Notes: a model not told the origin generated them from the letters alone. Shown: positions 1-11,743, counted from the whole stretch's first letter. The stretch: 63,148 bases of DNA, filler included, from Stramenopiles sp. TOSAG23-3 (GCA_900128585.1; 46 parts of 46 records of this genome joined end to end with filler, not necessarily neighbours in it); one strand, 5' to 3'. Program-made: numbers and translations.

Positions 1-261
1 AAGTGTTTCTCTTTTATTATTAAAATTTATTTTGCATGTAGCACTGTATTTACCTGTTATTACTTTCCTTCATCATTATTGATTTTTGTTTCTCGCCGTC
101 TTCATTTCAAATTTTAACACAATCATACCCTTGCTATATCTATGCTAACTAATAATAATAAATAGTATATTTTATAAAACACGACAAGGGCAACACCCCA
201 GTTCGATTCGAACAGTAAAATAATATTATTATTATTATTATTTATTATTTATTATTATTAT

Positions 262-1289
262 TTATTCCACCGACAGGAGAGGACTAGCTTCTGTTTCCGT
301 CACCAGTGACAGTGATGGCAGAGGGAACGACCACTTTTGTTCTCGTTTTGACGTGGTAGAAAGGTTACAAGATGTTCGTAACCGTTTGATAAATGATGTG
401 TTATCAACTGCACGCCGACGATGAATATGCATGTAAACCGTAGTAGCAGAAATTTCATTTAGTTTGCGTTTACGTTTGGATGAAACTAACGCAGAACTGA
501 AATCAACCCAGGCGGATCTATACAATTTATTAAACAATGTACCACGTTTATATGGATCAACCGTTTCGCCAATGAACTGGTTATACTTTTCTCTCTGATT
601 AGTATAAGCAAATTGCAAGAAGCAGTTTACTGCTACAATCGCTCGCTGATAATTTTTTCGAAAGGCTTTTTTCTTCTTTTCATTATCTATTGGATTATCG
701 ATATCATCATAATAAATATTACGTGCTCTGCAATCACGCAATGCTGTTTGACGTGTACTGCGATTGGAAAAAACATATTGGCGGACAACTTCTCTAAAAT
801 CAGTGGGGAGACGGTAAGTTTTTGCTACTTTCCATACTCTGCCTTTGACGCTCTTATGCACAAACATATCTGTTGGTGCTGATACCCCACTTATATCCTG
901 AATGGTCTTTTTAACAGCGGCGACTGTTGCTTTTTGACTATCCGATACTAGTTTTTTTAAGCATGCGACCAACTCATTTTGATTTACGTTACCAGCCCAA
1001 GAAGTTGGTACTTGCTGTTGTCCTGACTGTGTAAAACTTTGATTTCCGTTGAGCAATTGGACAACTGTACCAAGTGTTTTGATTATTACATCATTTTGCT
1101 CTTCGATTTTTTGCAATTTTTGATACACAATTGAACCACCTTGGCCTGTAGCTTGTAATTGTGTCGTTTCATCTGCAAAATCTGGACCAAGTGCACTTTT
1201 CAAATCTTGATGATTTAAATAATTTCTGTTCAATGCTCCTACCACAGAAGAATTCGCTCCCAATGTATCAACTAAGAAATCATAATGAT
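262..1289 (-). mobile_element. Crypton-like (tyrosine-recombinase DNA transposon) protein, C-terminal part, 5' partial
   Basis: Frame is open to the contig edge (HYDFLVDTLGANS). Motif order HYDFL..TL, LQATG, coiled coil, MFVH..GRVWKV..TYRLP, KRKRKLNEISATTV resembles the post-recombinase/GCR1_C-like region of stramenopile Cryptons as I recall it. The catalytic domain is off-contig. Confidence 0.6.
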
Positions 1290-1389
1290 NNNNNNNNNNN
1301 NNNNNNNNNNNNNNNNNNNNNNNNNNNNNNNNNTTAATTAATTAANNNNNNNNNNNNNNNNNNNNNNNNNNNNNNNNNNNNNNNNNNNN
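1290..1389. other. Artificial contig spacer N44-TTAATTAATTAA-N44 (first of 45 identical spacers)
   Basis: Identical 100-nt spacer recurs every ~1.37 kb; contig lengths fall from 1289 to 1262 nt along the window. Confidence 0.99.
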
Positions 1390-2093
1390 TTCTGTATACG
1401 ATGGGGACTCATGGGGGCAAACTATCGAAACTGCTATACAGCAAATCAAACGACCGTGACGAAATGCTCAAAATATTTTTGTGTCGTTTCGCTGCTTGGG
1501 CCGGGGTGCCACTTGCACTTGTATTTCAAAGCGATTTTCTTGGCTTCGTTGCTGTCGCTGGTGTTTTTGGAATGCTGGGGTTTAGTGGAGTAGCTGGAAG
1601 ATTCTCTTTTTGCCTAGGATTCAACGATGGCAACTCCCTCACTCGCTGTCTGTTTGGCGCTGTAATCTTGTTGGCCGTAACCATTGGTCTGCACGCGAGG
1701 GAGTCCTCTTTGGTGCCATATTTGGAACCCTTGCAAACTGCAATTTCTGTGTTTGGAGGCATGGTGTTGTACATTTCTCTTCTTATCGTTTCGACAAAAT
1801 ATTACAGTAACAGAAGGGGAGAGTACCCAGGTTATTTGGTTCGAAATGCATACATGTGGTGCACACTGTTGCTGTGCCACTACTTCGGAGATGTTTTTCG
1901 CATGACAGGTCTAAAAAATACTTCATCAGTGTTTACGATTCTCTATATTTGGACAAAGGCAGCCGAAACAACTGACGAGTACAAATTGTCGAAATGGCTG
2001 TTTGCTTTGTTCACTTCATGTTTGTTGTGGCGTGTTAGTCTGTACCTGCATGTACACCCTGGCCTGATCATGAGCATGTTCAGCACGCTTTAG
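1390..2093 (+). CDS. Uncharacterised multi-pass membrane protein, 5' partial
   Basis: 230-aa ORF with about 7 hydrophobic segments; stop at 2093. Confidence 0.7.
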
Positions 2094-2777
2094 TTATTGT
2101 CAGAAGAAGCGACAGATAACCAATTGTACTTGGGAGAGACATACGAATATGTCCTGGAAATCGCTGACCGGCGTAGCCGTTTATGATTCCCAGAAGGTAC
2201 ACTTATACACATGTATGTGTATACGAACAGGAAACGATCAAACTCAGTACCGACCATTATTTCATAGAGCAGTACCACAGACAACGACCCCCGTTAAAAC
2301 ATTTATGCCGCTGTTTACTGGTCAAATGGAATCTTGAGCAGAACTTGGGGAGGATCTGCAATAGGAGGAGATATTGTGTTCCTATAGTGACACCTTCTTT
2401 TTTTTGTAATTTTCGTCTCTTTGTCAATGCTACTTTCCAAATGAGCTTTTTAAAAGCAAAACACATTTTTTAAAAATATATGAGTGTACATTTTAAATAA
2501 CGAACCGCCAGTATTTTGTTTTTGCTTTAAAAAAGAAATTCATATGATACGAATCTTATATGATATGAAAACAAATATATGATATCATATATGCATAACA
2601 TTAATCTTTTTTACACACTACTCATTGGTTCTTCTTCTTTTCAATATTGCTCAACTGGGCATCATCTTCCCAGTCCCNNNNNNNNNNNNNNNNNNNNNNN
2701 NNNNNNNNNNNNNNNNNNNNNTTAATTAATTAANNNNNNNNNNNNNNNNNNNNNNNNNNNNNNNNNNNNNNNNNNNN

Positions 2778-3642
2778 ACTTCAAGCGTGTTCCGTACTTC
2801 GGCCCGGAGGGCAGCTTGCTGGGCAGCAAATCGCATCCTTTTGTTCTCTTGCTTTTCACGATGGATTCGTAAATTTGGAACACGTTAAATTGGTTTTGCT
2901 CTAACTTTCCCACGTCATTTGCATTTTTAATTTTGATCTTGAAGTGATTGTTCGCATTTTTCAGTAATATTCCGTAGTTATCCATTTTTGCTAGCAATTC
3001 CTTGCATTTCTTGATAGCTTTTGAATCTGCCTCAAGGAAATTTTTTCCGGCTTTCAAAACACCATATACCGTTTTTGCGTATGGTACGTATTTAATAACC
3101 CCTTCGAACGAATGGATGAAAACTTCCGCCCAATCACTATTAATAATTTTATCCACTTTACCCGCGCCGTTTAAAATATCGTCGTACAATTTTTCACCCT
3201 TCGATTGCCAATTTTTTTCCTCCTCGTCGTCTTTCTTTTGTTTTGCTTCTTCTTTTCGCTGCGTATCCGTTTTTGGCTCGTTTTGAACGGTGTTTATAAA
3301 ATCATCGATCGCATCTCTAATCCCTTTCGTATTTTCTAAAACTTCCGATCCATCATCATACACTTTAGATATTGGATCAATAATATTTTCTGTCGCAAAT
3401 TTTAATGATTCCCCTAAATATGTTCGGACTTTAGAACAGTTACTGCAAACGACTTTGCCGCAGTAACGACAATGGTGGCGACGAAATGTTAACGTGAAAA
3501 AGTCCTTGCACAACTCGCAGCCGATGTGGTCGTTATTTGGATGCCAATTTGTCTTAGCAATTAGTTTCAATTTTATTTCACTATTTTTATTCTTAGATAT
3601 CTCAAAACATTTATAACATGCCCGATGTTCTTGTGTTGTCAT
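2778..3642 (-). CDS. FYVE zinc-finger protein with coiled-coil C-terminus, 3' partial
   Basis: WHPNND-x-CELC-x-FTLTFRRHHCRYCGKVVCSNCS signature; ATG preceded by an in-frame TGA 10 codons upstream. Confidence 0.85.
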
Positions 3643-4165
3643 GTTGTTCCCGTTGTGAGTACGTTTACTTCAATATATATATATATTATCTTTGCTTAAT
3701 ATATATATATATATATATTGTATCAGCGCATTGTTGGATCAGTCAACTCCCTTTTTTTATGTAGTCGTCTCTAACAAGGCTTTGGGACGTACGTCCATCC
3801 AAGTGGAGTATCGGTACGGCGACTTGAACGTCTTGTATGAGTTCGTTTGATGCAGAAAAATAGGAGGAAGAGGAGGACTCTTCGCTAAAATAATAATAAT
3901 AATTAATTAATCTTTTTATTCAGAAAGAAAATAGTACATTTTTATTAACAATTAGCTAAGGTCGAGGTCATCTCTCTTCGCTACTTAAAACTACGCCCAA
4001 CACTATAATACTACATCTCGCGTGCAGCGCAGCTAAGTATTCCACATCAAATATCAAATATGTCCNNNNNNNNNNNNNNNNNNNNNNNNNNNNNNNNNNN
4101 NNNNNNNNNTTAATTAATTAANNNNNNNNNNNNNNNNNNNNNNNNNNNNNNNNNNNNNNNNNNNN

Positions 4166-4244
4166 TTTCCATTATTAATTATATATTAAAACCTTAAAAT
4201 AAGTAAAGAGACATAATTCGATTCTCCTCCTCTGTCCTCCATCC
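4166..4244. repeat. 79-nt exact inverted repeat of the other contig end (5374-5452); probable assembly or amplification artefact
   Basis: tttccattatta...cctccatcc is the exact reverse complement of 5374-5452. Confidence 0.9.
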
Positions 4245-4467
4245 ACGCACCACCCCCACGCCACCACTGATTGATTGATGATTGTGCGCAACAACTAAAT
4301 AACTAATGACATTAATAAATAATTAAAAGATGGAATGAACGATCGAACGAACGAAATAGAGAAAGATTAAGATTTTATTTTACTGTTTTGGCGATACACG
4401 TAAATATATATTTGTAAGAATACGTTGTTTTTGTTGTGTTTGATTATCAACAAAGGTTTTGAGAACC

Positions 4468-4863
4468 ATGTCCCTTGTTCACGAGTCTATTACTACTTGT
4501 CTGCAGGACGTTCTGGCAGCGGTGCCAGCACTCCAAGGTATTTTTGTGACAACGAACGACGGTGTTGAGGTAGCGTCGGTGGCACAGCCGGGGTTTGACA
4601 AACAGATTTTGAGTAATATTTATGTGTTTGCTGCAGAGCGGGGGGGGAAAATTGGCCGCGGGGCTGTAAAGAGCATGGCCTGCACTTACGAAGACGTCAT
4701 GTATATCCATACTTCCTTGTCACCCCTGACACTAACGTTTGTCGGAGGAACTGAGATGGAGTCAAAGGCTGTAAGAAAAGTTTTACCATCCATCGAAAAT
4801 CTATTAGAGCCAATTAAAAGCGCGATAGCCCAGATTGAAGAGGACGACGACGATGATGAGTGA
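4468..4863 (+). CDS. LAMTOR3: Ragulator subunit LAMTOR3/MP1-like roadblock protein, complete
   Basis: 131 aa; LQGIFVTTNDGVEV, FAAERGGKIGRGAVKSMACTY, SPLTLTFV pattern. Confidence 0.8.
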   Translation: MSLVHESITTCLQDVLAAVPALQGIFVTTNDGVEVASVAQPGFDKQILSNIYVFAAERGGKIGRGAVKSMACTYEDVMYIHTSLSPLTLTFVGGTEMESKAVRKVLPSIENLLEPIKSAIAQIEEDDDDDE

Positions 4864-6381
4864 ATGGGAGAGAGAAATGTAAGCTAGAAACCATACGAAG
4901 TATGTAATTATATATGCGCCGCACAACATGCATTTTTATGGTGTAATCAAAAAAAAAAAAATTATATAGTATGCTTATTTACCATAACGTAAGATACGGT
5001 ATCTTGTCACGTCTCCAAACGTACTTGACTACTAAAATTACGAATACGTTATTCTGGAACAAGGAGGAGTTTGGGTTCTTGAACGGTTTTACCTTCTTTT
5101 TTCTTTTTTTTTTTGAGAGGGTCTTAAAACATACTCTATATCATTAGTTTTTTTTACGAATACGTTACTTCGTAATCCGTGGTCGTTAAAGGCAAATAAG
5201 GAATAAGAGAGAGTAAGGGGTATACTCTTAAGGAATATGCGTACGTTGTCACATACATAAAGCTTTGTCAACCCTCTCCTCATCGCTTTGCTTGGTCTCT
5301 TCGCATCAACCGCTGGGCGCGCTTCATCTCTTCCTCCGCCCTCTTCTTTTCTGCTATGGCGATTCGAGTGCGGGGATGGAGGACAGAGGAGGAGAATCGA
5401 ATTATGTCTCTTTACTTATTTTAAGGTTTTAATATATAATTAATAATGGAAANNNNNNNNNNNNNNNNNNNNNNNNNNNNNNNNNNNNNNNNNNNNTTAA
5501 TTAATTAANNNNNNNNNNNNNNNNNNNNNNNNNNNNNNNNNNNNNNNNNNNNAGATAAATCAATCCTTGTACCATTTTCCAAGCAGCGGCTTATTTGTTG
5601 TTTAGGTGCTCGTTGTCTGTCTTGTAAATTGACGATTAATTATTACACAGCAGAAGAAGGAAGCATCCAAAGATGGTTTTGGGAATATGGGTGTATGCGT
5701 TGCAAGTACAGCAAACTTTTGATGTATATAGACTTGCAGTTTATGCGGTTGAGAAGTCATCTTCTTTTATGTATAAGATCTGTAGATAATCAATCGTCTG
5801 ATAAATGCAGTTGGCAAAATCTTATTCCTAATTTTTGAAAGTAGCAGATAACAATAATATTTTTTTATTTTATTTTTTTCTCTTCCATATTAGAAATATT
5901 GCAACAACTATAAGTACAACATAATGCTATTCAATGTTCCCTTTTTTTTCCCTCCCACTTTTTTTATAACAGAGCGTTGAAAATGAAAAGGAACGTTTTG
6001 TAATTTCCAGATATCATCTAGCCCTACCACTAACCAAGTAAGTAAGGCAAAAAAGCCAAGTATACTTTACAAGTGAGGAGGGTTCCTTTGAAATATAAAT
6101 TTTTTGAAATATTCTCAATATGCAGCAACAGATTAGAATACTCAGAAGATGTTCTATACTGTGGTAATATATGCTAAGTTGTGTAAAATCCGTTGTTGCA
6201 ATCCTGTTCTAATGTTATATTATTCACTCCATAACTACAACATCATTGTATGCTTTTTGTATCTTCATTCCTATACAAATACAATATAGGTCAATGCAAT
6301 GCTGTGTATTTGCATAAATACTTCACCTCCACAAAGTGAAAAAAAGAAGCCCGCCTCATTCATGAATTTCTTTTGATTTAT

Positions 6382-6447
6382 CAGAAATTTATTAGACAGT
6401 AGGAGTATTCATACATGTGCAAGAAATGGAAGAAATACACATTTTCA
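6382..6447 (+). repeat. Degenerate dispersed repeat, homologous to 22154-22219
   Basis: Ungapped alignment, 54 of 66 identical by my count. Confidence 0.75.
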
Positions 6448-6939
6448 TCAATGTATCCTGCACCCGCACTTGGTGCATTATTATCTGAAATTGACAAGGT
6501 GAGGAAAACAATGAAAGGGAAATGGAAGATGCACTTGAAATGGTTACTAAAGCAAAAGGCATGACAAAAACAAAACAATCAAATGAGTAATTACTTTGTT
6601 AATAAGGAACCCCTAAAACCCATTACGTGTGGCATTCCGTGGGTTGGATGTCGACTTTATAAAGGCATGGGACGAGGCATGGCGGACGCAAGTATGGCGG
6701 ATTATCCTACTGGATACTGGGGTGCAACTGTTATCGCTCGTCTTCGTGACGAATGGGTTCAGCTTAGAAGCATCGTAACCGATAATGTCGCTGGCGATTG
6801 CGAACTGTTGGTCAAACATAACTTTCTTTTTGCCTTTTGNNNNNNNNNNNNNNNNNNNNNNNNNNNNNNNNNNNNNNNNNNNNTTAATTAATTAANNNNN
6901 NNNNNNNNNNNNNNNNNNNNNNNNNNNNNNNNNNNNNNN

Positions 6940-8225
6940 GGAGTTATGGAAAACAGATGGAACGGAAGCTGGAACGGTTATGGTGAAAGACATCAATCCA
7001 GGAAGTTCTAATAGTTATCCGACTTATCTTGCGCCCTTCAATGGGGAACTGTATTTCCGCGCCGATGATGGAAGCAATGGAAAGGAGTTATGGAAAACAA
7101 ATGGAACGGAAGCTGGAACGGTTATGGTGAAAGACATCAATTCAGGAAGTTCTAGTGGTGATCCGACTTCTCTTACGCCCTGCAATGGGACACTGTATTT
7201 CCGCGCCGATGATGGAACGAACGGAAAAGAGTTATGGAAAACAGATGGAACGGAAGCTGGAACGGTTATGGTGAAAAACATCAGGTCAGGAACTGCTGAT
7301 AGTTCTCCGGTTTATCTTACGCCCTTCAATGGGGAACTGTATTTCCGCGCCACTGATGGAAGCAAAGGAAATGAGTTATGGAAAACAGATGGAACGGAAG
7401 CTGGAACCGTTATGGTGAAAGACATCAATCCAGGAAGTTCTAATAGTTATCCGAGTGATCTTACGCCCTTCAATGGGGAACTGTATTTCTCCGCCAATGA
7501 TGGAAGCAAAGAAACGGAGTTATGGAAAACAAATGGAACGGAAGCTGGAACCGTTATGGTGAAAGACATCAATCCAGGAAGTGCTCATAGTTATCCGAGT
7601 GATCTTACGCCCTTCAATGGGGAACTGTATTTCCGCGCCACTGATGGAAGCAATGGAAAGGAGTTATGGAAAACAGATGGAACGGAAGCTGGAACGGTTA
7701 TGGTGAAAGACATCAATCCAGGAAGTTCTAATAGTTCTCCGACTTATCTTACGCCCTTCAATGGGGAACTGTATTTCCGCGCCGATGATGGAAGCAAAGG
7801 AAATGAGTTATGGAAAACAGATGGAACGGAAGCTGGAACGGTTATGGTGAAAGACATCAATCCAGGAAGTTCTAGTGGTAATCCGACTTATCTTGCGCCC
7901 TTCAATGGGGAACTGTATTTCCGTGCCAATGATGCAAGCAATGGAAGGGAGTTATGGAAAACAGATGGAACGGAAAAACGTTTTCCTTGGACAACTTGCG
8001 TAGCAGGGGAGAAAGTGACTGTAAATGGTTCTGCCACAGCGAACCGTCAGTGTGATGCTTGTGGTGCTCAGACCTTTACTCCGACAACAAACCAGCAGAG
8101 CTGTACCCCTTGGACAACTTGCCAAGCAGGCGAGAAAGTGACTGTAAATGAATCTGCCACCGCGGACCGTCAGTGCGGTGCTTGTGTATCTAGTTACAAC
8201 AACGCCACAAACCAGCAGAGCTGTA
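6940..8225 (+). CDS. ELWxxDGT-repeat protein fused to TNFR-like Cys repeats, partial at both ends
   Basis: Seven full 144-bp/48-aa repeats (ELWKTDGTEAGTVMVKDINPG...LYFRADDG), then PWTTC..GEKVTVNGSATANRQC repeats. Confidence 0.92.
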
Positions 8226-8325
8226 NNNNNNNNNNNNNNNNNNNNNNNNNNNNNNNNNNNNNNNNNNNNTTAATTAATTAANNNNNNNNNNNNNNNNNNN
8301 NNNNNNNNNNNNNNNNNNNNNNNNN

Positions 8326-8404
8326 TTTGTTTTTAAAGACCTGCGTATAGATAAAAATTTATGCTTTTTTAAACACATGTCAGGAAATATGTACACGTCT
8401 AATT
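8326..8404. repeat. 79-nt exact inverted repeat of the other contig end (9533-9611)
   Basis: Exact reverse complement; the sequence is related to the dispersed element at 9436-9525. Confidence 0.9.
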
Positions 8405-8541
8405 TTATCAAAAAGCAATCCCTGGGTTCTCTATCCGTCAATCTTTTGGTGAAAATCATTCACGAATAATAGAGTGTATCGACGACCTGAAGGAGGCAGG
8501 CGTAGGTGTTTTAAAAATTATATACCATTGTTAGAAATAGC

Positions 8542-9408
8542 ATGTTATTGGCGGCGGACTTGCAAAACACGGTGGCTTTTTCGCGTGGAAAAGGTCGCCT
8601 CGGTGGGTCATCTGTGGCACCGGGTGCAAGCGATGGTGGGGATTTGGCGTTCGACGACCTGCAGAAACGCAAAGACACTGGCGGTTTGCCAGAAAACGTA
8701 ACAAGAACCTCCGAACTGCTAGACGCACAACTTCAGGCTTTAAAAATAGAGGTCGAAGACATGCTAAGGTCGGATAGAGAGTTAATGTCGGTGCAGCGGG
8801 AGAGGGAGCTGCTCGCCGAAAGCAGTGCCGTTGTGGCTGCCTCTGCTGCTCACGTTTCGTCTTATGCTCAACAAGCTGATTTATATAGAGAGACGAAACA
8901 CAACAGTGCCAGAAAGCACAAACCTGCCCGCGCGCCACCAAAGAGCCCCTATTTCACCATGGAAACTCAAGAAAAGCCGCTTGCCTCCTCTTTCATCGGA
9001 AAAGGGGATCATCAACGAAGGAGCCCATGGAGATCACCAAGCCGAACGAGTGCCAGGAGCCATTTGCACGATAGTAGGTTTGGAAAACATGCTAGTCTGA
9101 CCGGAAGAAGCACGCTCCATACCTCTGCAGCTCATTCCACCGGCACAAAAAAAGGAATAGTTCGAAGGCTCAAGGCAGCGCTTCATACGGAGCAAGCCCT
9201 GCGTTTTAGCGCCGATGCCTCGATTAGGGAACTTCAGCGTGAAAATGAGGTTTTGAAGAGACAGATAGACGTTTTACACAAATATGAGGACAAATACAAC
9301 TTGGTGAAAAAGGAATATGCACATTTGAAACAATCATTTGAAAGATCGGAGAGGTTGCGACTGGAGCAAAAGCGTGTCATAGAAAACGCCAGCTTGATGC
9401 ATGCATGA
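8542..9408 (+). CDS. Hypothetical coiled-coil protein
   Basis: 288-aa ORF with heptad-rich segments; the C-terminus may be chimeric. Confidence 0.65.
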   Translation: MLLAADLQNTVAFSRGKGRLGGSSVAPGASDGGDLAFDDLQKRKDTGGLPENVTRTSELLDAQLQALKIEVEDMLRSDRELMSVQRERELLAESSAVVAASAAHVSSYAQQADLYRETKHNSARKHKPARAPPKSPYFTMETQEKPLASSFIGKGDHQRRSPWRSPSRTSARSHLHDSRFGKHASLTGRSTLHTSAAHSTGTKKGIVRRLKAALHTEQALRFSADASIRELQRENEVLKRQIDVLHKYEDKYNLVKKEYAHLKQSFERSERLRLEQKRVIENASLMHA

Positions 9409-9435
9409 TTTAGGGGGGAAAGTGTAGTGTGAGGT

Positions 9436-9525
9436 CATGTTTAAAAGCATAAAGTTTTATCAATACGCGGGTCTTTAAAAATAAAATAATGGCTGTTGTT
9501 AAGTAAGCGTACGCGTCCTCCTTAA
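9436..9525 (+). repeat. Dispersed 3'-flank element, copy A
   Basis: tttaaaaataaaataatggctgttgttaagtaa core shared with 28558, 46467 and 55954. Confidence 0.75.
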
Positions 9526-9711
9526 GTGAAAGAATTAGACGTGTACATATTTCCTGACATGTGTTTAAAAAAGCATAAATTTTTATCTATACGCAGGTCT
9601 TTAAAAACAAANNNNNNNNNNNNNNNNNNNNNNNNNNNNNNNNNNNNNNNNNNNNTTAATTAATTAANNNNNNNNNNNNNNNNNNNNNNNNNNNNNNNNN
9701 NNNNNNNNNNN

Positions 9712-10152
9712 CTCTTTGGTGACAAAAAGCGTCAAGAGTCGGTTGATTTTTCCGTTCTTGTCAGCAGGACTCAGTACCTGCGAGGGAAACAAACGGAATC
9801 GAACGTAACAATATTCTGCAATTGATACAAAATCCAGCGTAATACCCACAAAGATTAAAATCAGCACGTGAGAAAAGTCGCTGTTCCAAACGTCCAAACG
9901 GAAGGCTTGGTACAGGTTTAACGACGATAACAACATTTCAACCAACTCTAACACCATCATTTTGTCCCAGTAGTACGGGTGATTCCGATCGCTTGTATTT
10001 GCCCGAAATAATTTGATTTTTCCCTTACACGTAGTGTCTTCTCTTTTGGTTCCAACTTCGGCGTTCTCCGGCACTTTTGCACCGTCTTTCTGGTCGACCA
10101 TTTCGACAGTCTTGGGGGCGGATTCTGCCTCATAGTTCTTTTCGGTACTCAT
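9712..10152 (-). CDS. Membrane protein N-terminus, 3' partial
   Basis: ATG at 10152, charged N-tail, then two hydrophobic segments. Confidence 0.6.
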
Positions 10153-11097
10153 TATGTCTCTGGGCGTAAATTGTCTGGATATTATTCGTTAAAGTGAAAG
10201 CTTTTAGAATATTTGAGTGGTGTGCAGATTTGAGTATGGCGTAAAGGGAGATAAATTGTTGTAGTAACGTAGAAAAGATAGTATTTGGAATCAAATCGGC
10301 TTTCACGAAAAAAGAGCATATCAACTTCCTAGAAAAAAGTTCGTCATATCAACAAGGGAAATAGCATTAAAATAAAACCGCACCAAAGTCAATATGGGGG
10401 GGCTCGCTTCTTTCATCTCAAAGTTGGACTTTCAAGAAAACGTAATGCTACGTCTATGATATTAATGTTTGATGACAGTTACTACTGCTCGTATTTCTGG
10501 ATAGAACTAACTACTTGGATCCAAATGTTTTGCTTTTTTCCCTAGCTCTGGCGAACACTTTTAAAAAAATAGTGTTATGCTTTCTACTACTAGGATAGAA
10601 AGTTGCATTGTAATGCACAGAGACAATATAAGAACTACAAAACTGGGAACAAAACGACGGCGGAATCTGAAAACATCTCAGCGGCGTCATTGAGCATATG
10701 TTGCTTTTTCTGAGTTACGGAGGTAAGCGATATTGACGAATCTAACACTCCCTCAAATTACTCACTGGGAAATTCTAGCATTAGAGAAGGCAATTGTACC
10801 CCTGCATGTTCACATGCAAAAACCTTGTACGAATGTTTTGGTTCCGATTTCAAATATTACCAAAAAAAGATTGCCGAGTCATATGACTTAAGCAACCGTC
10901 GTACAAAAAAAGATAATATTAGTATCTTAAAGAAATGGAAAGAATGTCCTGCGCCCATAAAGCCATTGGATTGTTCTAAAGGCAATGGCGTTAAAGGNNN
11001 NNNNNNNNNNNNNNNNNNNNNNNNNNNNNNNNNNNNNNNNNTTAATTAATTAANNNNNNNNNNNNNNNNNNNNNNNNNNNNNNNNNNNNNNNNNNNN

Positions 11098-11510
11098 AAC
11101 GACGCACCGTCCTCGATAAGGTACTTTCTTCCACTCGCGGTGATGTACGCTTTTGTGTCTTCTTCGGTCGGGATCGTGAACGGGGTCTTTAGCTTCTTTC
11201 TCCGCTCGGTCTCCTTCTTCGAGTGCAACCCTAGTCTATGGCACCGTTCCACTAACTCGACGGCCTCCTCCGGCGTCAACGTGACGTCCTGCTCGTCGAC
11301 GTCCTTCGTCGCCGCAAAAAGCGCACTCCCTATCTCCCCAATCCTCGTGCAAATGAATAAAATCGGACCATATATATGGAATTGGTATTTTGATGGGAGC
11401 AACGGGCGAAGGTTCTCCACAATCCCTTGTTCGGTATACTTCGTAGCACGCAACTCCTCGAGCATTACATCATATTTTGAAAACCCTTTCGTCGACACTG
11501 GAAAATTCAT
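11098..11510 (-). CDS. Hypothetical protein N-terminus, 3' partial
   Basis: GC-richer open frame from ATG (MNFPVSTKG) after an AT-rich upstream region. Confidence 0.55.
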
Positions 11511-11743
11511 CCCCAAGAAAGGCAACAAAACAACAAGGTGAAAGAAAGGAAGAAATCAAACGCACACACACACACACGCAACTGCACGGTGCACGAAACA
11601 AAGTTAAGAAAAGTAAAAGGAACGAAACTAAAATGTAACCTACTCTAAATCCTTTTCCCCTTTCAATTGTTTTCTTTTTGTTTATAGATATCATATATTC
11701 CTTCCTTCATTCAATTCAAATCTTCTCTCCTCTGTTGATTGTT

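Noticed and set aside
198-214. tRNA T-arm-like GTTCGATTC
   Set aside because: It is only a short palindrome (gttcga-t-tcgaac) with no cloverleaf
1290-1389. Regularly spaced TTAATTAATTAA as a CRISPR-like or biological repeat
   Set aside because: It is always embedded in N44 padding and is an artificial six-frame-stop linker
4166-5452. Gene flanked by terminal inverted repeats as a TIR transposon or gene-sized chromosome (also 8326-9611 and 59162-60424)
   Set aside because: All three IRs are exact, 79 nt long, unrelated to each other and end exactly at contig ends. This is best explained by k-mer-length overlaps at amplification inversion chimeras; read mapping would settle it
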